A DNA stretch of 58,774 nt from NCBI GenBank assembly GCA_027295505.1, contig JAPUKU010000215.1, positions 1 through 58,774 on the forward strand, given 5' to 3'. Origin of the DNA: Acidobacteriota bacterium. Lineage in GTDB: Bacteria; Acidobacteriota; Polarisedimenticolia; JAPUKU01. Below, one piece after another: positions 36,584 through 45,674 of this stretch. The notes below the pieces were generated by a model. It made no database searches. It saw only the letters and a program-made list of their open reading frames with translations, and was not told the origin of the DNA. Each line of letters opens with the position of its first letter. Position 1 is the first letter of the stretch. The translations under genes were made by a program, and so were the position numbers.

Positions 36584-38049
36584 GGAGAGTTCCGATTATC
36601 GTTGCTGCCATCGGTGTGCTGACCCTCTGCGGGTCGCTGGCGCTGACCGTGAACGGCATCGCCGCCCCCACAGAGCGGACCCGCCCGACTCACCCCAGCC
36701 AGCTGGACTTTGAGTCGCTGACCTACCGGCCGCCTAAACTGCGCCTGCGCAGCCTCTCGAATGGTCTGAGATACGGAGTTCTCGAGGATCCCAGTCTGCC
36801 CCGGGTCGAGGGTGTGCTCATCTTTGAGGCTGGCTCGATCGACGATCCTCCGGAAGCGGTCGGATTGGCCGAGGTAGTAGGAGAGTTGCTGCGCACCGGA
36901 GGGAGCCTGACGCGCCCCGCCGAGGATGTGGATGAAGAGATTGACTTCATGGGGGCCAGCGTCGAGGTATCCACGGGGGCAGAGCTCACCGTCGTACGCT
37001 TCTGGGCCCTGAGCCAGGATTTCGAGCGCGTGCTGGCACTGGTCTCCGACCTGATACGCAACCCGGCTTTCCGTGAAAATCGGCTCGTTCTGGCGCTGGA
37101 TCAGCTGCGCGAGTCGATCCGGCGCCGCTGGGACGATCCAGGATCGATCGCCTCTGAGCGTTTCGCCGATCTGGTCTACGGAGAGAAGAGCCGATGGGCG
37201 CGCCGCCCCACCGAGCGCTCACTCGATCAGATCGGGCAGGACGCTTGCCGTCGGTTCCATGCCACGGCTTACGTCCCCGCGCGGGCGTGGCTGGGAATTG
37301 CTGGAGACGTGAAAGAGCGCGCGGCACGGCGCAGCATCCGGCGGCTTTTCGAGAGCTGGAATGCGCGCTCGACCGCAACACGCAAACCGGAGGTATCTCG
37401 GGGTGCCGGCGCTGGTCTCTACTGGATCGAACGCGATCTGGCGCAGGCTCAGATCAGCCTGGGTCATCTGGGGGCTCCGCGTCTGGGACCCGATCACTAC
37501 GTTCTGAAGGTGATGAACCTGATCGTGGGGAGTGGCGGTTTTGCCTCCCGGTTGGTGAAAGAGGTCCGTACCGCGAGGGGAATCGCTTACTCGGTTTCGG
37601 GACGGGTTGGAGAGGGTCTCGACCGGGGGCTCTTCAGAGTCAATCTGCAGACACGGCCCGGGCGTGTATCCGAGGCGTTGGAAGCGGTGCAGTCCGTTGT
37701 CCAGGACGTTCGCAGGCTGCCGCCCGGCGACGGGGAATTGCAGGTCGCTCGAGATCGTGTGGAGTACTCCTTTGTGTTCGAGTTCTCGTCGCCCGCCGCG
37801 ATTGTGGAACGCCGGCTCTACCGCCTGGCGCTCGGTTACCCTGACAACTACCTCGACACGTATCTGGCACAGGTGTTGAAGGTCGACGGCGAGTCGGTGC
37901 GTCGCGTTGCCCGCACATTCATACAACCTGAGAGCCTGGTGACGCTCATCGTGGGGCCCGAGGAAGCGGTGGCACCGTTACGCGCTGCGGGGAAAGAGGT
38001 GCGAAGAATCCCTCTCGATCCTGGCGACGAAGACACTCCGACCTACTGA
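36580..38049 (+). CDS. M16 family peptidase, non-catalytic partner (no HxxEH)
   Basis: 489-aa ORF that overlaps the upstream M16 gene by 4 nt. The equivalent region reads GLAEVVGELLRTGGS and lacks the zinc-ligand histidines. Confidence 0.8.
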   Translation: MRRVPIIVAAIGVLTLCGSLALTVNGIAAPTERTRPTHPSQLDFESLTYRPPKLRLRSLSNGLRYGVLEDPSLPRVEGVLIFEAGSIDDPPEAVGLAEVVGELLRTGGSLTRPAEDVDEEIDFMGASVEVSTGAELTVVRFWALSQDFERVLALVSDLIRNPAFRENRLVLALDQLRESIRRRWDDPGSIASERFADLVYGEKSRWARRPTERSLDQIGQDACRRFHATAYVPARAWLGIAGDVKERAARRSIRRLFESWNARSTATRKPEVSRGAGAGLYWIERDLAQAQISLGHLGAPRLGPDHYVLKVMNLIVGSGGFASRLVKEVRTARGIAYSVSGRVGEGLDRGLFRVNLQTRPGRVSEALEAVQSVVQDVRRLPPGDGELQVARDRVEYSFVFEFSSPAAIVERRLYRLALGYPDNYLDTYLAQVLKVDGESVRRVARTFIQPESLVTLIVGPEEAVAPLRAAGKEVRRIPLDPGDEDTPTY

Positions 38050-38076
38050 ACTCTCCCGGCAGCGTGCCCCTCAGGG

Positions 38077-39078
38077 CTACCGCTCATCGTCTGGGGCGTC
38101 CATTCTTATGGAAAGCGCTTCATACTCCTCGTCGGCGAGACCAAGTTTCCGGGATCGCTCGAGTTCGCTCCGGGCCTGATCCTCCAGACCGCGCTTGAGA
38201 AGAATCTCGGCGTGCAGGAGGCGTCCATGCGCGGAGTCCTGTATCTCCAGTGCGGCAAGAACAGCCTGTTCCGCCGCCACCGGATCTTCGTCCCTGAAGC
38301 GCAGCTCCCCCTCCAGCAGGTAAGCATCGGGAGTCAGAAGGAAACGGGCAGGGTGCAGGCGCGCGAGGGTGTTCAGGGCCTCGTCCTGCTTGCCAGCTTC
38401 GTCGAGGGCCTCGGCCAACCGGTACTGCAACAGGGCATAGGTTGGAAAAGAGGCTGCCGCTTTCCGCAGGTCTTTCAGGCGTTTCCCGGGGTCTGCCTCG
38501 AGTCGGGCCCGAATATACCGCTCATAAGCGGTAATCGGCAGCGCCTCGACTGTCTGGTCGAAGGGGCGGAACGAGGGCATCTTCTTGCGGCCGGCCCGCC
38601 AAACCGCGCGCGCCAGGCCTGCATGCAGGTCGAAAAGGTTGCCGAGCGGGATGTCTTCATGAACCTCACCCAGCACCTCCGGCCCGAGCGGATCGAGAAC
38701 CATGGTGTCGACGCTGAGCTTGCCTGCCGCGACCGTGAACGATCCCGTCACCACACGTGAGACTCCAGTAATCTCGGCGGCCTTGAGCGCCGTCGCAAGG
38801 GTCACGGCCTGGCCGCGGGGAACGTTCCACTTGGAGAGAAGCTCTCTTGTTTCGTCATAAGGGACAGCTGCTTGGCCGCCAGACCTGAGGTGTTCCTCGA
38901 GGCTGATGGCGAACCCCTCGCCGAGCCAATCCAGTGCCGGCTCGTCGCTCTGGTTGGCAAACGGTAACACCAGCCAGTCTCCGGCCTGTACGGGCCAGGT
39001 CGAGAAGATCAGTCCGGCCAGCAGTGCGCAGATCAGCAGCGCTAGGCGGGGAGGATAGGGGCGTGTCCAGTCACGCAT
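38077..39078 (-). CDS. hypothetical envelope protein with C-terminal TPR-like repeats
   Basis: 333-aa ORF with a signal/anchor segment LALLICALLAGLIFSTWPVQA. The C-terminal third is helical-repeat-like. It overlaps the radA 3' end by 8 nt. Confidence 0.5.
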   Translation of the reverse strand: MRDWTRPYPPRLALLICALLAGLIFSTWPVQAGDWLVLPFANQSDEPALDWLGEGFAISLEEHLRSGGQAAVPYDETRELLSKWNVPRGQAVTLATALKAAEITGVSRVVTGSFTVAAGKLSVDTMVLDPLGPEVLGEVHEDIPLGNLFDLHAGLARAVWRAGRKKMPSFRPFDQTVEALPITAYERYIRARLEADPGKRLKDLRKAAASFPTYALLQYRLAEALDEAGKQDEALNTLARLHPARFLLTPDAYLLEGELRFRDEDPVAAEQAVLAALEIQDSAHGRLLHAEILLKRGLEDQARSELERSRKLGLADEEYEALSIRMDAPDDER

Positions 39079-40537
39079 GGGTTATGGGTCCTCCCTTCAG
39101 GTTGAACCGACGGGTTGCCCTCGGCTGGATGACCGGAGCCTGGCCCGCCGCAGGTAGATCGCTTAAAGAGCGCAGGTCGAAGAGGGTCTCGAGGGCCTGG
39201 GCCACCGAGCGCACGGCTATCACCTCAAGTCCTGCCTCCCGGGCGCTTTCCGAATCCCGTTCGGGCAGCACCACGCAGGAAAAGCCACAACGCGCCGTCT
39301 CTCGTACCCGTTCCCCGACGCGCGGCACCGAGCGGACTTCTCCCGCCAGTCCAATCTCTCCCAGAAATACGGTATCCGGATCGAGGCTCTGTTGCGTGAC
39401 GGCGGAGGCGAGTGCGGCGGCGAGAGCCAGATCGGCTCCCGGGTCCTGCAGGCGCACACCGCCGGCGGCGTTGGCGAACAGATCGAGGGACGTGAGGGGC
39501 AGTCCGATATGTCTTTCCAGCACGGCGGCGATGAGCGACAGCCGGGTTGAGTCGATCCCGACCGCCGTGCGCTGGGGAGAGCCATGGGCCGGCCGGCCGG
39601 CGAGCGCCTGGACCTCGACCAGAAAAGTCCGGCTACCCTCTCGGTGGACGGTCACCGCGGAGCCCGGGGAGCCGGCCTGGCGGTCTCTAAGGAACCATTG
39701 GCTGGGGTTCACCAGGCATTCGAGGCCTGCCTGCGCCATGGTGAAGATTCCCACCTCATCGATGGGCCCGAAGCGGTTCTTTGTGCAGCGCAGCATCCTG
39801 TGCGCGTGATCGGAGTCCCCTTCGAACGTCAGCACCGTATCCACCATGTGCTCCAGGTGCTTGGGCCCCGCTAGGGATCCCTCCTTGGTGATGTGGCCCA
39901 CCAGCAGCATGGGCAGGCCGCGCGCTTTGGCGAGCGTCAGCAAGCGCAGAGCGCACTCGCGGACCTGCACGATGCTGCCCGCTGAAGCCGGCAGCTCGGG
40001 AGAGGCCACCGCCTGAATCGAGTCCACGATTGCAAAGGCCGGTGACAGCCGCTCGATTTCCTCTTCAATCGCCAGCAAGTTGTTCTCGGCGAGGACGAGC
40101 AGGCCGTCAGGCTTCAGGGACAGCCGCTCACCGCGCAGGCGCAGCTGTGCCTTTGACTCTTCAGCGGTCACATAAAGGGCCGGGCCGTCCTCGCTCCCAA
40201 GGACCGAGGCGCACTGCAGCGCGAGCGTCGACTTTCCGACCCCAGGCTCGCCTCCGAGGAGGACGACCATGCCGGGCACAAAACCTCCCCCCAGAGCACG
40301 ATCGAACTCGGTGATCCCGGAAGGAATGCGGCGAGAACTCTCCAGAGTCAGCTGATCGTAGGGCTCCGCCTGAGCGGAGGCGGCGATCGATTTGAGGCGG
40401 CCGTGGGAAGGTTTCGGGTATTCGGCATGCCCCGACATCGAGTCCCAGGTGGTGCAAGAGGGGCAGCGGCCCAGCCATTTCGGGGAGCGATAGCCGCACG
40501 CATCGCAGCTGAAGATCTGGCTGTCGCGCTTTTTCAT
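39071..40537 (-). CDS. radA: DNA repair protein RadA/Sms
   Basis: Track ORF trimmed to ATG 40537 (MKKRDSQIFSCDACGYRSPKWLGRCPSC zinc finger). It has Walker A GGEPGVGKST, the KNRFG motif and a Lon-like C-terminal domain. Confidence 0.92.
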   Translation of the reverse strand: MKKRDSQIFSCDACGYRSPKWLGRCPSCTTWDSMSGHAEYPKPSHGRLKSIAASAQAEPYDQLTLESSRRIPSGITEFDRALGGGFVPGMVVLLGGEPGVGKSTLALQCASVLGSEDGPALYVTAEESKAQLRLRGERLSLKPDGLLVLAENNLLAIEEEIERLSPAFAIVDSIQAVASPELPASAGSIVQVRECALRLLTLAKARGLPMLLVGHITKEGSLAGPKHLEHMVDTVLTFEGDSDHAHRMLRCTKNRFGPIDEVGIFTMAQAGLECLVNPSQWFLRDRQAGSPGSAVTVHREGSRTFLVEVQALAGRPAHGSPQRTAVGIDSTRLSLIAAVLERHIGLPLTSLDLFANAAGGVRLQDPGADLALAAALASAVTQQSLDPDTVFLGEIGLAGEVRSVPRVGERVRETARCGFSCVVLPERDSESAREAGLEVIAVRSVAQALETLFDLRSLSDLPAAGQAPVIQPRATRRFNLKGGPITHA

Positions 40538-40568
40538 GGGAGGATCCCGGGACGGGAGAGCTGGAAAA

Positions 40569-41783
40569 TCATGATCGGGCGGGTGGTACAGCAGCGGGCG
40601 TCGCAGTTGTAGCCGCACCGGATGCCGCCTGCTGCCGGCTGGCTATTACGTTGCCGCTCTGGCGGTACACTCGCGGTACGCGGACTCCGACCCGGCAGAG
40701 GATCTCGTAAGGGCTGATGCCGGCGTCATGGGCGAACTCTTCCAGAGCGCGCCCCCGGCCTTCTTCGCCGAAGATGATCACCTCATCACCCCTCTGAACC
40801 GCGGGAACATCGGTCACGTCCACCAGGGTGAGATCCATGCTGACCTGCCCGACGATAGGGACCCGGTGTCCGCCCAGTGAGACGCAGCCGCGGTTCGAGT
40901 ATGCCTGGGGCAGGCCGTCCCCGTAACCGATCGGCAGCACCGCGATGCGTGAGTGACGCTGCGTGACGAACGTTCCCTCGTATCCGAGAGGGTTGCCGGC
41001 GGGAATTTCACGCACCACGGCCACCCGGGTGTGGACGGCCATGACGGAGCGCAGACCCAGGCGGCTAGCACGATGGCTCGGGTACACTCCGTAGAGGACG
41101 AGGCCGGAGCGCACACCCTGCAGCCAGGCTTCCGGAAGATCGAGGATGGCGCTCGATGCAGCCATATGCTTGAGCTTCGGGGCGTGGCGGGCGGCCTCCA
41201 CCTGAGCTGCAGCCTCGTGGAACCGCTCGACCTGCCGGCGGGCGTCGTCACCGCGAATCGACTCAATGGATGCCAGATGCGAGTAGAGTCCTGTAAGACG
41301 AACGTGTTTGCAGCGCGCCAGTTGTCCGAGCCACTCGGATAAGGAATCGAGCTGCAGGCCCAACCGCCCCATGCCTGTGTCGATCTTCAGATGGAACTCG
41401 AGCTTCTGGCGGCGTTTTTTGCCCAGGTTCTCGAGCTCCTCGAGCCCTGCGGTATCGAACAGAGTGGGAATGAGATTATGGCTGGCACAGATCTCCAAGG
41501 CCTCACGCGCCAGCGGTCCAAGAACCAGAATCGATGGCTCCAACCCCGCCTGTCTCAGCTCGATGCCTTCCTGGGACCGCGCCACGCAGAGCCAGTCGAC
41601 TCCTTCTTTCTGCAGGCAGCGTGCCACGGCTACCGCTCCATGCCCGTAGGCATCCGCCTTGACGACCGGCATCAGGCGACACTCGGAGCCGACCTGGCGC
41701 TGCAGCACGCGCACGTTCCAGGCAAGAGCGTCCAGATCGACGACGGCCCACGTAGCCTGGGTAAAGGAGGGAGTGTCAGCCAT
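40569..41783 (-). CDS. alr: alanine racemase
   Basis: Track ORF trimmed to ATG 41783, which overlaps the dnaB stop as ATGGCTGA. It has the PLP-lysine motif MPVVKADAYGHG and a C-terminal beta-domain. Confidence 0.9.
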   Translation of the reverse strand: MADTPSFTQATWAVVDLDALAWNVRVLQRQVGSECRLMPVVKADAYGHGAVAVARCLQKEGVDWLCVARSQEGIELRQAGLEPSILVLGPLAREALEICASHNLIPTLFDTAGLEELENLGKKRRQKLEFHLKIDTGMGRLGLQLDSLSEWLGQLARCKHVRLTGLYSHLASIESIRGDDARRQVERFHEAAAQVEAARHAPKLKHMAASSAILDLPEAWLQGVRSGLVLYGVYPSHRASRLGLRSVMAVHTRVAVVREIPAGNPLGYEGTFVTQRHSRIAVLPIGYGDGLPQAYSNRGCVSLGGHRVPIVGQVSMDLTLVDVTDVPAVQRGDEVIIFGEEGRGRALEEFAHDAGISPYEILCRVGVRVPRVYRQSGNVIASRQQAASGAATTATPAAVPPARS

Positions 41784-43122
41784 CAGCACGCCACTCAGGG
41801 TTCTCGAAGCGTGTGTACTCCTTGAGGAAGACGAGATCCACGTCGCCAATGGGGCCGTTACGCTGTTTGCCGATGATCAGGGTGGCGCGTCCCCGGTTTT
41901 CCTCGCTAGGTCGATACACCTCCTCACGATAGACAAAAGCGACCACATCGGCATCCTGCTCGATGGCTCCCGACTCGCGCAGGTCGGAGAGCTGAGGGCG
42001 GCGATCACCGCCACGGGTTTCGGGGGCTCGCGATAGCTGCGAGATGGCGATGAGGGGAAGATTGAGCTCCTTGGCCAGCCCTTTGAGCGAGCGGGAGATC
42101 TCCGAGATCTCCTGGGTGCGGTTCTCGTAGCGGCTACGGCCCCGGACGAGTTGCAGATAGTCCACGATGAGGAGATCGAGCCCCCGCTCGAGCTTCAGGC
42201 GCCGGGCCTTGGCGCGCATCTCGAGAATGCTGATGCCAGGGGAGTCATCAATGTAAATCTCCGCGTCGGCAAGCTGGCCGAACCCCAGCGTCATTTTGGT
42301 CCAGTCCGTCTTCGTGAGGGTCCCCGTACGCAGGCGGTGAGAGTCCACGCGGGCTTGGGAACATAGCAATCGAAGAAACAATTGCTCCTTGGTCATCTCC
42401 AGGCTGAAGATGCCGATCTTCAGCTTGTTCTTGACGGCCGCGTGCTGAGCGATGTTGAGAGCCAGCGCTGTTTTGCCCATGGATGGCCGGCCCGCCAGGA
42501 CTACGAGATCCCCTCGCTGCAGGCCCGAGGTGAGCTCGTCGAAGCGCGCTAGGCCGGTCGCCAGGCCGGTGATCAGCTCATGCTGTTCGGAGAGTTTCTC
42601 GATGACACGCAGGCTCTGGTCGGCCACCGTTCTCAGAGGTACGAACCCGGCCCGCAGCCGGTGCTCGGCGATCCGCATGATGGAGCGTTCGGCGGAATCC
42701 AGGATGTCGTCGGCGTCTTCTTCGGCTTCGAGAGCACTGGAAATGATCTGGTGAGCGGAGGAGATGAGGTTGCGCAGCGTTGCCTTCTCTTTGACGATAC
42801 GCGCGTAGTGCTCGATGTTCGCCCACTTGGGCACACCATCCACGAGTGAGGCGAGATAGCTCGAGCCTCCGACCGCATCCAACTCGCCGCGTCGCTCCAG
42901 CTCTTCCTTGACGGTGAGTAGATCGATGGCGGTCGAGCGTTCGGACAACTCGCCCATGGTCCGGTAGATACGGCGATGGTCGTCGCGGTAGAAATCGTCT
43001 TCGCGAAGGATCTGCTGAGCTTGATGAAGAGCCGTGTTCTCCAGAAGCACGGCCCCCAGCACCGAGCGCTCGGCATCGAGGCTGTTCGGGAGACTGCGCT
43101 CGAGGGTGACTTCTTCGGCCAT
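41776..43122 (-). CDS. dnaB: replicative DNA helicase
   Basis: 448-aa ORF with N-terminus LPNSLDAERSVLGAVLLE, Walker A AGRPSMGKTALALN, and LIVDYLQL and ISQLSR motifs. Confidence 0.93.
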   Translation of the reverse strand: MAEEVTLERSLPNSLDAERSVLGAVLLENTALHQAQQILREDDFYRDDHRRIYRTMGELSERSTAIDLLTVKEELERRGELDAVGGSSYLASLVDGVPKWANIEHYARIVKEKATLRNLISSAHQIISSALEAEEDADDILDSAERSIMRIAEHRLRAGFVPLRTVADQSLRVIEKLSEQHELITGLATGLARFDELTSGLQRGDLVVLAGRPSMGKTALALNIAQHAAVKNKLKIGIFSLEMTKEQLFLRLLCSQARVDSHRLRTGTLTKTDWTKMTLGFGQLADAEIYIDDSPGISILEMRAKARRLKLERGLDLLIVDYLQLVRGRSRYENRTQEISEISRSLKGLAKELNLPLIAISQLSRAPETRGGDRRPQLSDLRESGAIEQDADVVAFVYREEVYRPSEENRGRATLIIGKQRNGPIGDVDLVFLKEYTRFENPEWRADG

Positions 43123-43280
43123 GAAACGCGGGAGTGCTCCTGAACGGGGAACGTTACTATACTACAGCCCTTAAAAAATAACTTTTGTTTATCGTATCTT
43201 ATCGATCAGGCTGTTATTTTCTGATTGATATCTGGCATCCTCGCGACGGCATCGGAGTGCCGATCGTCGATCGTGTGAAA

Positions 43281-43580
43281 CTACCGGTCAATAACCGAGA
43301 TTGTGCTGTCGCCGAGCATCTTGCCAATTGTCTTCGAATGAATCCCCGCTCTCACCACCAGAGCGGCAACCCAATGCCGGAAACTCCGGCATGATATACC
43401 AGAACTGCCCGCTGCATCCAAAGCCTTGGGCAGCGCCCGGTGAACTTTATGCCTCTCTAGTGACGGACCCTACTGATCCAGGAAGATTCTGCCGTTATCG
43501 CGGCAGAAGGGGCTAACCTCCGTCATCGCTTCTCCCCGCAGCCCGATCTGTGGCTCTCTACGATGCAATAGCAACGTCGC
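43281..43580 (-). pseudogene. decayed tyrosine recombinase (phage-type integrase) C-terminal fragment
   Basis: Hand translation of the minus strand gives ATLLLHRREPQIGLRGEAMTEVSPFCRDNGRIFLDQ*GPSLERHKVHRALPKALDAAGSSGISCRSFRHWVAALVVRAGIHSKTIGKMLGDSTISVIDR*. This matches integrase box I (GLR.E) and box II (..RH....L...G.....I...LG(H)). It has an in-frame TAG (43470-43472), upstream stops, and truncation before the catalytic Tyr. Confidence 0.5.
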
Positions 43581-44343
43581 TTACCGTCTTTTGCAGATGG
43601 CCTAACAGCTGACTCGCAAGAATGCCACGCTAATACTATTGCGCAACACCATGGAGGTGGCTGTCAGGAGAAAAAGGTAGGCCATAGGCTAGCCTTTCAC
43701 AGACGTCCATCGCACAGAGCGCTATGGTGACTTCCACTCATGTTGTGTCTGGGGACGGCTGTGGTGGATTTACCCATTCGGGTATTGACTCCCTAATCAA
43801 CTAAGGATTATTAAGAGTTATTCTCAAGCAAGATTTACAGTGAACTCCACGGCTAGGGGGAGCAGTCGTGCTTAGGGTAGCGGTCACGCTTAGAAACAAT
43901 GCCTGTCTTCAAAAACCGGTGCGCCTCCGCGCCCCACCCCGACGGTAATTCAGAGATATTGCCATGCCGTGCTGTTCTCAACCGAGTTTTGAACTTGTTG
44001 CCGTGGTTTTTTGAGCGCTTCACTATTGCCGGTACGTTATGTACGATGACGACAGTTTCTCTCGCTGGATCCAGCTGGAGTACCGGAAGCTCTGGCACGA
44101 ACTTACACAGCTAGCGGATCGGAAGGATTTGCACACACTGCCGGAATCTCACCCTCTGAGGCGACAATTCCATGATGTATGTCTGCGCTATTCCGCATTC
44201 AAAAGTAAATTCAAAATCCCCCTGGGCGCCCACGACAGCCTGATCCAACCACACAATCCTCCCAAGGGAAGTGAATTTCACTAAGCAGGTGACCCAGCCG
44301 CGGGTCGATGTCCTGGCCAAGTCCAGAAGGTATCGAGTGGCAC

Positions 44344-45177
44344 CTAGACCACACCCTCTCCCGCTGGCAGGCTGGCCTGTTTTCTGTTTTTGCGGGTTGC
44401 GGGTGCTCGCTCGATTTGCCCGGCGGCCCATTCCATCTGGTGTGCCAGGCCCCGCAGGATTCGCACGTCGCGGCGGGTGAGTTGTATGCGCCCGAACAGG
44501 CGCTCGAAGTAACGCATCATACGATCCGGGTGCTTTGGATCGAGAAATCCAATCCCCAGAAGGCCACGTTGCCAGTGATCGAGTAAATCTTGTAGTTCTG
44601 CGATGGGTGCCCGTGCCAGAGGTGTCGCCAGGTGGGGTCGGGCAGCCTCGCAGAAGAGCTCATAGGCCACGAGGCCTACAGCGTGCGCCAGGTTTAGCGA
44701 GGCGCAGGCCGGATCGCTGGGTATGACAGCGATGTCCTGGCACCGGCGCAGGCTGGCGTTGGAAAGGCCGTGGTCTTCTCTTCCAAAGACCATCGACACG
44801 CTCCCTCCGGTGCTCGTGGTTTCGAGAACGCGCCGGGCGGCGTCGGGAGGAGTCAGGAACGGCCGACGGGCCTTGCCCTCCCGGCGGGTGAAAGCGAGGG
44901 CCAGGCTCTGGTCGCGCAGTGCCTCATCCAGGGAGGGGAACACCTCGGCGGCCTCAACAACCCGCTTCCCACCCACCGCCATGCGGATCGCTTCCGGGTT
45001 CGGAAAGGTTCTCGGCTTGACCAGGCGCAGGTGCGTCAGGCCAAAGTTGCGCATGGCCCGTGCGACCCCGCCGATGTTCATGGGGTTCTGGGGTTCGACC
45101 AGGACCACGCTGACTGCGGCGAGCGGGCCACGGGCGAGTGCCGACAGCGAATCGTTCTTGATGAGATCTCGCATCAT
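44344..45177 (-). CDS. trmJ: SpoU/TrmH-family RNA 2'-O-methyltransferase (TrmJ-like)
   Basis: 277-aa ORF with VVLVEPQNPMNIGGVARAMRNFGL, the later MVFGREDHGLSN and SLNLAHAVGLVAYEL motifs. Confidence 0.8.
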   Translation of the reverse strand: MMRDLIKNDSLSALARGPLAAVSVVLVEPQNPMNIGGVARAMRNFGLTHLRLVKPRTFPNPEAIRMAVGGKRVVEAAEVFPSLDEALRDQSLALAFTRREGKARRPFLTPPDAARRVLETTSTGGSVSMVFGREDHGLSNASLRRCQDIAVIPSDPACASLNLAHAVGLVAYELFCEAARPHLATPLARAPIAELQDLLDHWQRGLLGIGFLDPKHPDRMMRYFERLFGRIQLTRRDVRILRGLAHQMEWAAGQIERAPATRKNRKQASLPAGEGVV

Positions 45178-45206
45178 CTCTCCGGGATGATTTTAGCACT
45201 GCCGCG

Positions 45207-45235
45207 TTGCTGGTATCCGGGGTGCGTGCTAAGAT
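45207..45235 (+). promoter_or_regulatory. sigma70-like promoter of rnpB
   Basis: TTGCTG (45207-45212), 17 nt, TAAGAT (45230-45235). It lies about 7 nt before the P1 5' strand. Confidence 0.4.
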
Positions 45236-45242
45236 CCGGCCA

Positions 45243-45614
45243 GCCGGAGCTGGATAGGTGGCCGCTTCGGGCCCTGTGCCCGGAGAGGAAAGTCCGAACT
45301 CCACAGGGCAGTGCGCTGGGTAACGCCCAGTCTCGGTGACGAGAAGGAAAGTGCCACAGAAAACAAACCGCCGGGCAGGGCTCCGCCTTGGTCGGTAAGG
45401 GTGAAAAGGTGCGGTAAGAGCGCACCGCGTTCCGGGTGACCGGAACGGCACGGTAAACCCCGCACGGAGCAAGACCAAATAGGGGAGTCGTTTGGGGTCG
45501 CCCGCCCTGTTGCTCCTGGGTAGGTCGCTAGACCTTGCGGGTAACCGTAAGGCAAGAGGAATGGCCACCGCCCCTTCGGGGGTCACAAAATTCGGCTTAC
45601 TTCCCGCTCCGGTC
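45243..45614 (+). ncRNA. rnpB: RNase P RNA, bacterial type A
   Basis: Universally conserved blocks are present: GAGGAAAGUCCGAACUCCACAGGGCAG, GGUAACGCC, GUGCCACAGAAAA, GGUAAGGGUGAAAAGGUGCGGUAAGAGCGCACC, GGUAAACCCC, GAGCAAGACCAAAUAGG and ACAAAAUUCGGCUUA. P1 pairs CCGGAGC with GCUCCGG and P2 pairs GGUGGCC with GGCCACC. The ends are good to within a few nt. Confidence 0.92.
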
Positions 45615-45674
45615 GGATGCGGCCCGGGGATAGCCTTCCCGGGCCGCGCCTTTTCTCCAGGTAGACTCTCGCGC

